Position numbers and translations under genes: made by a program. The notes under the pieces were generated by a model that was given only the letters and a program-made list of their open reading frames with translations, was not told where the DNA came from and did not search any database. Source: Bugula neritina (taxonomy: Eukaryota; Animalia; Bryozoa). From it: DNA of 64,000 bases. Location of the stretch: assembly GCA_964035545.1 (NCBI GenBank), contig OZ037769.1, positions 2,666,001 through 2,730,000 on the forward strand, in the 5' to 3' direction. Every line of letters begins with the position of its first letter. Position 1 is the stretch's first letter. Positions 24,601 through 41,625 of this stretch are shown piece by piece.

Positions 24601-24699
24601 GTACCAATGCAGATACCTTAAAAACTAAATTAATTATAAATCGATGCTAGACAGCTAAAATTGTAAAATTATGGCTTAGACTAAAATAGCAAAATCTAC

Positions 24700-25030
24700 C
24701 TTAAATTAGAATTAGCAAAGTTCTGAGCATTGAACAGCTACAATAACAACAAAAACAACTAGAGCTGTATGCTCACAGTTCGAATTTTTCAACTCGAGTA
24801 ACTTTAGGTCAAAGTTCAATAACCTCCAGTTCAGTTGGTCTAAACCCTTTTAGTAGTATTTTATTGACGCTTATATTTCGATGACAAAACCTTAGATTTG
24901 GTAGCATGATATATAATTTCGAGCGGCAGTTTTTGTCGTTATAGCATACTATAGGAGTTGTCTCTAACTCTTACATCAATTGTTTATAGGGGACCAAACC
25001 AATACCTTTCATAAGAAGTTCCGGGTAATT
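24700..25030. promoter_or_regulatory. Putative bidirectional promoter for the STARD5-like (-) and HAX1-like (+) genes
   Basis: Head-to-head genes whose ATG exons both begin with acceptors. Candidate first-exon donors at about 24700 (-, AAG|GTAGAT) and 25025 (+, CGG|GTAATT). CpG-containing patch with ETS-like TTCCGG. Confidence 0.5.
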
Positions 25031-26048
25031 TCAATATAATATTATTATATTTTACATGTTTTTGCACGATGATCGACAATGACAATTTCTTACAAGTTAA
25101 AGTGACCATTACCTATAAGATTATATATAATATGTATTTTAAGTTATAGGATAATTTATTAAATTTAAGTTTTATTGATGATTGATAATTACATAAAACT
25201 AATCATAATGATAAAATCAATTAAACGAAAGGCCGAACGTTTTACTAATTAAATTTAATCATAATCATAATGACATGAGTAATTACTAACTACTTTTACT
25301 TTTAGTTTTAGATTTTTTTTAATAAACTTCAATTACTAGCTTAACTTGTAGTTGATGATAGTTAAAGGTAAACTTTCTAGCTTATATAGTAAATAATTAA
25401 TTATCATATTAATATATCAATATGAATATGTATAAAATTAAAAAAGTATAAAATATTATTGTCGTTTTTAACTTTTTTGCTTATTAACTTTATTAAAATA
25501 TTTGTAAAACTAAAAGTAAAAGACGAGTAATGATAATTGTTCAGTTTTAATCTTAATAATTATAGCATTTTCAAGTATTTGTGTGTTAGGATCTTTATAT
25601 AGCTTTATTTGCTTAGTTTTTACGATTTTGAAAAATACAATGCAATCTCAATCATTTCAATAACTCCGTAAAACAATTGACATTATTGATTACTTAACAG
25701 TGTTTGCTTGTGTAACACTAACTGTAAATCCGTAAGCCATGTATTTACAAAATAATGTTAAAATAGTGTAGATAAAAATATTGGCGATGCAATAACAAAA
25801 CCTAAGTAATTTTAACATTAGAAAGTAACATATGGTTTATTATTCTTATTATTATGGTTTTTTTGGTAATGATTATGAGTATCATATTGATAGTCATCAT
25901 AAACTATGAAGCACTAGATTTGTGTGAGGTATTATGCTATTACTGACAACGTTTATTGCTTTCTAATTCTTACCTATACCTCAGTATTTGATGTAATATA
26001 ATACCCTCTATTTCTGTCACAAGAAATTTATATTTTAGTTGAAGTACA

Positions 26049-29000
26049 ATGGACATGTTCAGGCAGATTTTTCAGTCCCTAGTACCTGGTTATGGTAATC
26101 AAAATCCTGACATTTCTGGGTATAATGAAAAAGAAACAGGTTCTAATAGGAGGTATATTTAAATACAATTTAAGCTGCTCTAGTCTTTTTTTTGGCGTGT
26201 TACTTTTACCTTGATTGTGTCAAAATTTTATTTTTTTTGCAGTTAGTTATATTATGTTCATTTCTATGTCATTCAATTTTTTATCAAAGCATTTTTCTTT
26301 TTTTATATAGTAGAACCATGAAATTTACGTGTTAGTCTTGCTAAACAGTAAATAAGTATAATACTTACTATAATTATATAATCATTAGGAATTCTCATTC
26401 AGATACTCCATATGACTTTCCCTGTGAAGAAGATTTTGAACAACAGAGACGGTAAGTGACTTCAGTAACCTGTAATCTCTCTAGTTTATAAGATTATAAT
26501 ATTATATTATATATTATAATAGTTTATTATAATCAATAACTGTTATTTTTGTGTTTACTCGTATTCAGTCCATTTTCTGGATTTTCTCATTTTGGAAGAA
26601 GTTTTGAGGATGTTATGAAAGAGATTGATGACTCATTTGAGGAAATGTTTAGAGCGTTTGGTACCGATAGTATGCCAATGTTTGACCCCTTCAAGTTCTC
26701 CGGTGAAGGTAGTATTAACTAAACCTGTATTCAAGATTTATAATCGATGCTTATTTTATAATTTATTTCACATTAGTATACTAAAAGCTGGTAGATAGCA
26801 GGTAGCTCTTACAAAACTAAAGACATAGTTATCTATTAATACTGTGTTATCATATTACTTATATGTAATCTGAATGGTTTTCTGTATCAAAGGAGACGTA
26901 GTGCAACGAGGCCATCGCTTACCCACCCTTCCTAGCAGTGGCAATGTTCGGGATCACATGCTAAGAAAAGATGGAAATTCTAGTAGACATTATGTAAGTG
27001 TAATTATTTTCAGCAACCTTTCAGCCAAATTAGAACTGATGTTTTCTGTTGACTTGTAAATATAAGTAATCTTCGCAATAACAAGCTCTTTGTATTTTTC
27101 TAGCCTGATGATGAAGACATCAATGTAAGATCTCGTATGCTGAAAGCTCCTCATGATTGGCCTGTAAGTGAATGTTGATAGACACACTCCATACATATAC
27201 AGGGTCTATATACATAGTGTTTACCTGTGAATGTCATAGCATCCATGTGCAAGTTTCTATCCTAAATATTATTTTATAATATGCAACAATGATATTCATG
27301 TCTAATTTTTTTAGGCAAAAGTAAACATGTTATGTAAAATTCTCTTCTAAATTTCTTGTATACTCAATATTTAAATGTTATTTGCAACAAAGATTTAATA
27401 GTAAAGTATGTCACTAAAAGCACACTGTGCGCATCATATTGACTACACTAAAAGCATCATGTAACCAGAATTATCCACTTGTATGCTACCTCAATTTACC
27501 ATTTAGGAGTTGTCTTAACTTGGCATTTAGTGCTAATTATATTAATGCTCAGATCATTTCCTCAATAGATAATTGAGGAAATCACTTCTAGAGGCAGTGA
27601 TGTTTGCATGCTTATTTACATGATGCTTACTTATTTTATCAGATCCATTTTATTTATTTTACAGAAATCAGCGAACGATTCTAAGCAATCAGATATCAGT
27701 AAGTTATTGTCTCTGTTTCTCCCTCCCCTCCCCCCTCTCTCTCTCTCCCTCCCTCTCCTTCTATCTGTTTACCAGCTGATAGTTTCATATAAGTGAGTTA
27801 TTGAAACAACCATTGATGGGCAAAATTATTTGATTATTGAAATTAAAATTTTCAAGCGTTTTCAACAACATGGGAGAAGAAAACTCTGTTACCTGACAAT
27901 ATAAAAGTTCTCCACCAGTTTCATTGTCAGCTATAATTGATATTTCATGTAGTTTAGTTTCAATCTTCTCAAAATATGCATAATTCACATTTCACTTCAA
28001 CTATCAAGGAGTGTTGTAGAATTCATTATACAGTATACAATAATATATATACTATGTTGACTTGGTTGTGACTCACAGTTTATTCTATCTTAAGTAGAGT
28101 AGCTGGTGAAGCTGACAGGTAATTCTAATGCATCAGAAGGGGAGATGTTGTCACTTTATAGTGCAAGCCATTGCAGCAGGCAATGTAATGAGCTCAGACA
28201 TCTACAGATCACAAAAGTATAGACTTGTTGACAGAAGGTGTTATTTGCAGACGAGACGCAACGTCATTAATTAATTCTGTATTAAAAGCCGTTTAAAAGT
28301 TGATGTGTCACCTGAAGCTTTAGGCTTGTCTCATTTCCGTCACTTATGAAATGCCTTAAATTAACAAGAAGTTGGTAGAAGTCATTGAAATATGTATACT
28401 ATGCATATGATTATTCTTCTTAGACTGGGACTCTGCCCTAAAGCAGGGTGCCACAGTGAATGACATACTAGATGGGCGTCACCGACACGACCCCCAGACT
28501 GCGCCATCAGCCGATAGGAACCCCGGCAATGCTCCTCAGTTTAGATCTATTTATAGATATTCGAGTACGACAACAACTCGAAAGCCAGATGGGGTATGTA
28601 CAATCTCACCAATATTTACATATTCTCCAGCATGGTGCTGTCAGATGCGAAGTTACTCGGTACAATCTTATGATAAGATGCCGTGGAATGTCGTCTCCTT
28701 GTGCTCTCAAGCAATATAATAATTTAATAAAAGTAAAGTATCTTACCGAGTTTATTGCGTCTAATAAAAATATTTTCCCAGTTAATTGCTCTCAGATGCA
28801 TTCCGTGATTTGCTTTCAACTCTCCTCGTCATATCAAATGTCCGCGCATAGATTAGTTGTGTGATATTTAATGGATTAACGGAGTAATATATCATTGATT
28901 AAGGTTTACTCGTCGTAATTAGACAAGGAATATGCGGGGTTACCAGTCCTATTGCTTTCTTTGTGTAGCTCTCCTGACCACACCTCAATATTCTCTTCTC

Positions 29001-30311
29001 TTTATTGTCTCGGATGTTTGAAATGCTGTGTTCAAAGTCGGAGGAAATAGCTGCGTGAAATTAGTTTCACTGTGTGTGGTGATTCTGAAAAATTCTATAG
29101 CTGTAAATTATCTCTTTTATGTTGCTAGAAGCAAGATGTGGGTGGATCACCATCTTACTTGCAGATATCTGTTTGGGATAATATTGGGAAAATTTGAGAT
29201 GCGGTGTTTTGCTCTAAAGTACAAATTGTCATAGCAACTTCGTTAGATAGGATGCATGTAAATTAATAACTTGTTGGTGTTTGGAAAAAGAGTTGTGATG
29301 TGTTCCCTTAATACTTCATGCAAACTTTAGTCCCAGCAGTTCTCTTGAGCAAATTCTTATACTCTGTAAAGTTAACTATAAATTAATAAGTTTATATCCA
29401 TTACAGAAGTATAGCAGGTCTTTGGCACAAGTGCATTAAGCCCATAATAATAAAGCAATTACGTGTTTGATGTGGCATTATTTAAATATCCGCATATTCT
29501 ATAAAATTCCACTTTGACCTGACATTTGCCTCTTACTTCTCATCTTGAAAATCCACCTCAAATCTCTTGTCCTTAACCCAAGTATTACAGCTTTTCAGTC
29601 TCTCCCCTCTCTCCCCTCAGCTTTCTACAAGTTTGTGTGACCACATATTAACAACATTGTAGACTTTTGTTCCAGACTCAATCATATTAACATGTGTGAG
29701 ATTTTGAAATTAATTTTCTGCAAAAACAGTTGTAAAAATCGATTGTGGGTGTTATAAGGTATTTTAATTAAAATTTTGTACTTAGTGATGTTTTCTTTAA
29801 ACTTCAACCAAAAGGTGAAGTTGGCAATATATTATTATGTAAATTATGGCCTGTTAGACGTTATTAATTTTATGTTATACTGCTATAGTAATATACCTAA
29901 CATATACTGCTATATAGCAATATAATTAATATACACTGTTATAGTTATATACTTTATATATACTGCTATGGTAATATACTGCTGAAGTAAAATAGCACAC
30001 AAGGATGGGGAAATTATTTGTAAACATGAAGCAACTGTGGTTAGAGATAAAATTCATTATCTTGTAAAATACCCACAGTTTCATCTGTGTTCCCCGGCAG
30101 CTATTGCCATATTCCAACGTTATTTAAGGGCGCTGGTTTATAGTCCAACATCAATATAACAGTTCCCAGAAGCTGAGGCTAAGAACTGTAAACAAAGGTG
30201 AGCTAATATTTCTCCCTCTGATTACTTTAGACTGTCGAAACTCGAAAAGTCACAAGAGATGAACACGGCAATGAAAAGGAAACTGTGGAAATAAAAAATG
30301 GCCCATCATAG
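26049..30311 (+). CDS. HAX1: HCLS1-associated protein X-1 (HAX1)-like, about 237 aa
   Basis: Exons 26049-26152, 26389-26451, 26569-26708, 26893-26993, 27104-27124, 27665-27698, 28424-28593, 30231-30311 (714 nt, in phase). Motifs FEDVMKEIDDSFEEMF, VRDHMLRK, SSTTTTRKPDGTVETRKVTRDEHGNEKETV. Confidence 0.8.
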
Positions 30312-30525
30312 CTTTGGTGTTGTGAGGTAATATACAGTAGTCTTAGTATCATAGCTTTGGTATTGTGAGGTAATTTATACAGTGGTCTTAGTTTCATAGC
30401 TTTGATATTGTGTGGTAATATACATTGGTCTTATTATCATAGCTTTGATATTGTGTGGTAATCTACTGCTTTGAAGAAATAGTGGTGTCTTGTATTTTAA
30501 CAGAACTTTAGCATTGTGTGGTAAC
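30306..30525 (+). repeat. About 43-bp tandem repeat containing the HAX1 stop codon and a donor-like GAG|GTAAT, 4 copies plus a partial
   Basis: TCATAGCTTTGRTRTTGTGWGGTAATATACA... repeated. Confidence 0.9.
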
Positions 30526-33500
30526 TCATAACCCTTCTAGAACTTGTCTGTATTCTTGTGGGGGTAACAAACTTCTTGGTGCATTCAGTGAAATATGAAT
30601 TTGCAATTTATCGTTATTATGGCGGAAAAGATTAGCTAAAGATGCAAATGCGCTGGTTATCGTGTATAGAATGTGTGCAGGGAATGGTAATTTGCATATT
30701 ACTGAGTCTACCCTCTCTTTATTAAAACCTTTGAAAATCATTTTGTAGTGTAATTGGTCATGGAAATGTCTGAATACATCAGCTCTCCTCTAATCCCTTC
30801 TGACAAGCACTCCTACAGTTGTCACCCAAAACAGATGTATCTAACCACTTCACCACGCGGCATGGGATCTTTCCAGATTTAAGCTGGCATAGTGCGTGAC
30901 ATGCAGTTAAATTTGAAATTATTCCAAGTGTGAAGCAGCTGGTTGATTTGGCTATTGTTGACCTGACAATGTATCTACCACAGCAGCTCAATGCTATGTG
31001 TACATCAGCCTTGAAGACCTGTATAACATTCGTCTATTGATTATGTTTGATTAATGTAGTACTATACTATGAAGGTCACCATTTTGCTTGCCTGTTAATA
31101 AGAAATATTATTATGAGTAATAAAAATTATTTATCTCTGGCTAGAGCTTTTTCAAGTGTTGAAATTCTTCAATAAATGTATTTTAAATCTCTGCAGTCTT
31201 AAATATTTTATGAAGTGATATTGGAATATACAAATGAAATCCAAGTGTTGGTCTATGGAGTTACATCATATTTCCCTGGAACTCTACTGGCTATTCTAAC
31301 TAGTAGCTAGAGACTGGCTTGATCCAGTTTCCTTTGTTTCTGTTCATCACTTTTTATCCAATCTAATTGTCAGTATCATGTTATATAAAGGAGCGTTTAG
31401 CATCAGGGCCAAAGAAGGCGTCAACTTTTATGCAATGGACCCTATGGAGTTAGAAAACAAATCAAAGCGGAATATGATGATAACACATTTCACATGATAT
31501 TGGAATCTAGCCTGTTAGCATATCTCTGCTTATATCACAGGTCCCATGTCTGATAGTGCAGCCTGGCTTCTTGCAATTGTGCATAGGGGGTCGAATTATC
31601 GCACAACACTTGAGATCAGCTTGTTCACAGAGAAAGGGAGTCGGTCAGCTCTCCGTCAATCATCAAAGCTCAGTTATCTGCGTTGGATATCACAAAGAAG
31701 CTTGTTGACTATTGACTAGTCACGTAATCTCTCATAATACAAGAATATTAGTCTTGTGTACTTATAACAAATATGTATGTTTTATATCACATTACAGATT
31801 CCACGTTTCATTATACCTGGCGTCTATAGTAACACGGCCTTATGAAACATAACTATATCAATACCTACGCGTTGAAAAATGCCCAACCGTTATATAACGC
31901 TCAAATGAGTCAATATTTTTGCCATCATCCGATATTTTGTCAATATTTTGAATAGTAAATTTTTTACTCTACTTCGACCCCCAGCGCCCCTAAGCCTACA
32001 TATCTTAGAATGTGTATTGGTTGCTATAGGAGCAGTTGGGATAAAGTCCCAGAGCAGTGTTGACGCGGCACTAATGTTCACTTAAGCACATGTAGTTAAT
32101 ACTCTCACTGTCAAGTGGAAGATATTATGTTATACAGTCAATATAATCCGATACTTCACCATGACATGCTACCCACTGTTTTGAGTCAATAACAGGGTCG
32201 ATCTGTAGATCACCTTCACCTTTATTTATTTTCCTTGCATTGACGCATATACTGTTTGTTGTGTCACGCCACATGTGGCACTGGCAAAAGTATTCAAGGA
32301 ATGCTGCATTTTATTCTGCTAAGTTATGTATTCAACTCATGTTACACTGTACCCCTGCAGTTCAGTTCCACTTTGTTTAGATTGAGAAAATTAGAAGAAT
32401 ATTTCCATATTTCATTATTTGATCTATTAATTGCCTGCTAATTAATCAGAAGGATGAATGGCTGGATTTCCTGCAGGTAGTTTACTTTGCTGATCAGCTT
32501 TGCTGATTATCTAACCATCTGCTGGACTTGTGTTCCTAATATGCGAGGAATGCCGTATAAGATGTTTCGGCTAAGAATTCAGAGATGTACAATATTCATC
32601 TGAATGTCAGTGTAGTGAAGCCAAATAATGTTGAGCCAAGATTTTCCAATTTATTATTCATGATGTCAACTCAACATTTACACCACATTTGGCAAATTAA
32701 CTTACACTTCATCTCTACCCGTCATGACGTACTCCGATATCTTATTTCTGGAAGTGCTATGCTGTTATTGTTTACGTTGTTTGAATGAAAAGGGTCCCAA
32801 CATTTGACAGCATTGTAAAATTTGTAATGTTGAAACTGGGTTTATTGCATTATCATATTGCTTTGCATTTCCTTCTAGAAAGTAAAGAAGAAGTCAAATG
32901 ATTAGCAGGGCTCAAAGACTGCTATCCTATAGCAGAGTTATAGTTGCTCAATTTAATACTGGAATGTTTATCTTCAATTTTGTAGTTACAACGTGTCCAA
33001 AACTGATAAATTCGGAGCTATAAATAGGCCTTTTAATCACTAAGTATACGGCCAGTTATTGATCTAGTTGCTGTGATTGCTTAGTTAGACCTTAATATCT
33101 TATGCAGCAAAATACACTTTATCTTGCGATGTAAAAATTTACAGCAATGTAAATATATGATCACATGCCTCTAAAGGTTAGATTGCCTCAAGTGGAGTTG
33201 TCCTGGAGACAATAGGTCCAAGTATAATCTGACTATGAAACCTGGTGTAATATTGATAAGAAAATCATGAGACCACTGTTTGGGATTATTCTCGACAACC
33301 TATTATCTCTCATCGTCTGCATTGGCTACATCCTTGTGCTCTTTTATCACATGACGTTACGTTTTGACATAACGCTTCCAACTCCAGTTCACCGAGTGTG
33401 ACTCATCAAAGATTTTTTTCTAATTAATTCAGACAGGAGAACACTGGAGTAATCCACCAGTTTTTTGCCCTCTTTAGTTGGCAATACTTCTGGCTGGTAA

Positions 33501-36197
33501 AAAGTTTAACCATTTCTTTGATTTGCCTTAATGTCACATGATACATACTACATTTTAAAATTCTTCCTGTGTTTTGAGAAACAGCTAAAAAGTTAAACCT
33601 GCAACTTAAACTTGTAAACATGAAGTGAGATTTTAATGAAATGCATTGATTAATGAATTATGTGATTCAACTATTTAGGCCTGTGCCTACTCGGTGTAAA
33701 AATCATTTCCTCATTGGTCTGAAAGAATTTTAAAATTCTAAGAACTTGAGAGGAAAACTGCAAAAACTGCTTAAATTGTGACGTCTTTATGTCCACATGA
33801 AAGATTTTTCAACTAAAGTAGTATAATATACTGCAAACCTATTGAAAAGTCACCAATCAGAGTTTTCAAGCTTAGAACTGCAATATTACTTTATGTTTGG
33901 ACAGCTATTATAGCTAAAGGAAAACATGGTCACAATGGTTTTCCCAAACCAATCAGTTGTGGACTATAGTGGTTTCCCTAAGTTACCACTACCACCCAGC
34001 ATAAAGAGTATCAGTCATGTAATCTAACGAGAAATAACAGAAATAAATGGACTAATTGATTGTTAGTGGTTGATTGTGGGGAAATTGAGTAATCAATTAT
34101 ATAAATATAAAATATGTTACAGTATTATATCATTTTGCTCTTTCAATTAGTGCAATGTCTATAAAATTAGATTTAAAATATAACTTCATTAAAAATCCTT
34201 TGAAAGTCACAACCCAAGTATAGCAAATAGGTTCTTGAGCAACCCCTAATCTCCTAAGATATGGTGTTACATAACAGCTAAAGTAATTATATAACATCTA
34301 AAAAAGTATTATAATAAACTATACATACTTCGTTGGATCAAAGTGATTTATTAGAAATTGTATTAATTTTTACCACCACATAATAGTACTTGAAACGATA
34401 TGCTATTTTTAGATATTGCATATATTTCATATATTATTACTGTTTTATAAAACTATTATCTTGTTTTTTATTATATTTGGTGATTTCAGCTTACAACTAT
34501 TCTAAAATTTCTATTGATTTAAGCTGTTGAAACAGGTTATTATAACAAAAATCCCTTCCATGACAAGGTTTGCTACCTTTAATGAAAATATTCAAACATG
34601 CGTTTACTAAAAATACTTTAAACTTCCGCAGCTATCCTGCCAACTATCTCACTGTCTGCAGATAACTTTCAGCATTTTGTAAAAAGGTTGCATTTATGAT
34701 GCACAATGTATGTAATATTATCAACTTTTTGTATTATTAGACTACATTGCATTTCAAATTTACTGTCTTTTTAAAGTATAAGTGTTTTCTTATAATAAAG
34801 TTATATAATTATTCTGTTGCAAACTGATGTAATACGATGTAATATGATTTATTTAATCATCAAATCCACCTTGGGAGGAAAAGACTCCAGCTGTTTCCTT
34901 GTTCACCAGGGTACCTCTATGCCTGTCCAAAACTAATGATAACAGGTAGTTTGGCCCTTAGATCGAAGTAGACCTGAAAGCAAGAAGCAAGTTGGTCACT
35001 ATTCATTGTCCGGGCTAGTTGGAATTGTAACTTTTCCGCTGATAGAATAGTGGAGTTACTTAGCAATTAGTGTCTCTTTGACAGGTTTTTTAATGCCATA
35101 TTGATTGAAGCTTTGTATAATAATTAGTTGTGAACTTTCTATGGCCTTTTATCACTTTTCACTTGGATCTTTAAGCTGAGTCATATTATATTTCCTCAAA
35201 TCCCATTAACTTAGAAGTGCACACCTTGATTTTAATTACTATTTAAATATTGAAAGGTGCGATTTGTTCCAGTAAAGAGAATTATGTTTTATATAAAAGC
35301 TGCATTGTATTTGACCAGTCATAATTCATCTACACCAGTTCAAATATAAACTTATTATATAAGAGTAAACAAAGGATTGCAGCCTTTTGAATCAACCCTA
35401 ATGTTTTTTAATGCTTTATTGGTTTAGAGTAAATAGATGGTTGGCATGAACAACGTAACTTGAAATGCTAGATTATGAATATTATATATAGCTTTATGCT
35501 GATGTAATTAGGGTGACATTTAAACTGGATAGTCTGTAAACAGACCCAAGTGTTCTACCAACTAATTTTAGCAGTTATCAGTAGTCAACATTCCAAAGAT
35601 ATGATGTGCTGTTACCCTAGCTGTGATAAGCTCGCACTGTGTTTTGATCACATGACCTCTTTACTTCCTAGCACCAGTAGACGGCACACCTAGGAAACAA
35701 GCCGTATCCACCAAACATCTTCACAACTATAGAGTGGGAATATGCATATACAAGTAGTAATGTGCTAGTTGGTTGTAGAGTAATTTATAGGTTAATTGTG
35801 TTACATTGAAGAGAAAACTTGGGAAAAGCCTGTGTTCTAGATGAAAAATGTAGCAGAGGAAGTTATGTACAACATGCCCCCAAACCAAAATCTATATACA
35901 GAGAGGGAAAATTTTTTTCACTACCGAACTTAGAAGGGTTCAACCATATTTGTTCCTTAATGCAATGACAAACTATATGCCAAAATTCCGTGTGAATCAA
36001 CCATTTAAATGTCTCACTTATATGTTTTTGCTTTCCTGCTTGTAAGACAGTTTTAATCCCAAATGAAATTGGCAAAAATAGACAATATTAAGTTGATAAG
36101 TGATGGTGATAAATAGCTAGTGACTAATCATTGAAGTGTTAATATTATAAATTATTTGAACCTTATGTTATTTACCAAATTAAACCACCCAGAACTC

Positions 36198-36422
<225 letters not shown>

Positions 36423-37586
36423 GGTGATCATAATTTTAGCCAATTGTCAGTGTCAAAGTGTACTTTCGTCAGCTGCCCACTTAAATTGAACATTAAAATG
36501 TCTAGTGTAAGAAAGTTACAAGCATTTGATACTAGAACGTAGATTTCAAGCTACTGCAGTGGCTCTACACCATTTTGTTGATAAGGTTATGTTAACAAAC
36601 TAGCTTGCTGCATGTTTGAAACATGTAATAATATGCCGAGGACGTAACGTGATGAAACATACACCATGGCTTAATCTTACACCCATACGCCTTGTAACCA
36701 TATTGCTAGGCTGTTAAATATTTGCTGATAAATGAGTCACAAATATTTAAATTACTAAAAATAGAAAGTATGCACACACAAAATTTCTTTATTCAGCCTT
36801 CGTTTGCGGAAGCAAATTTGTTTTGAAATGCTTTGGTGGCTGACGGTTTCAGTAATACAACAAATGTGCCGCTAGCTAACATTAAATTGCATGTGGGGTG
36901 TGTAATGGATTTTCTGTAATTAAAGGAATATGGTGGCACATTTCTTATTAGAAGATTTAATAGCATGTAATTATTGTCAATGTTTTATAATATATTGTTA
37001 TGATAATCCATTTGGTAACAGCTACATTTATTTTCACTTTTTATTTCTCATTAGCTGTTACCATGGTGATTAATAAAACAATGTTGATGAGATATTTTGG
37101 TCAAATTAAAACAATTATGCAAAAGGCAATTATATTCATTACTTTAAAAATGTTAATGGCCATTGTATGCTTCTTACAGTTTTAAAGTTGGACTTTAGTA
37201 ATTAATGTACCTTCTTAAATAGTTTAGGAATGTTTTTATAGTTGCATTTTTTCAGTACAATACTGCTCTCTTCATATTTAGGTGAAAAAGATTATTATCA
37301 GTAGGTTATTGTTTGAAAATTTATTTCATTAATTACAGCTTGGCTGCTATTTGCATTGTGCAATGATTGTAAAAAATAATCTTAGTATAAATAATAGTAA
37401 CAATATAAATAAAGGACCTCAAATCACTACAAAATTGCATAATCATAACGATTTACGCTGGGTAACAGTTATGGTTGAAAAATGCCTTTCATTTATAGCA
37501 CCTAAATAACAACACAAACATTGCTAATATCAGTAAAAATTAAAATAATTTATATTTATAAATAAAAAATGGAAGTAAAAGGATGT

Positions 37587-41418
<3,832 letters not shown>

Positions 41419-41429
41419 CTGCAAGTAAA

Positions 41430-41625
41430 ACGCAGCGCTAGTCGAATAAAAACTTTAGCTAGGCTTTATACACGGCTGTACTGGTTCGCGTGCTTTAGTG
41501 CAATGACAGAAAGAAGCATGCCATTCAACTACTTAAAACTGTGGGCGGAGCTTAGCTGACTGGTTTAACTCGCTATAGCTTTATTCATTGGCACGCGGGT
41601 GACATATTTATACGGGTCAATGTGA
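41430..41625 (-). promoter_or_regulatory. Putative NUAK proximal promoter
   Basis: CpG-rich patch. GC box GGGCGG 41543-41548 and CCAAT on the - strand (ATTGG 41587-41591). Confidence 0.5.

Noticed and set aside
30600-36100. Short ORFs between HAX1 and NUAK
   Set aside because: No recognisable motifs and no phase-consistent exon chain found.
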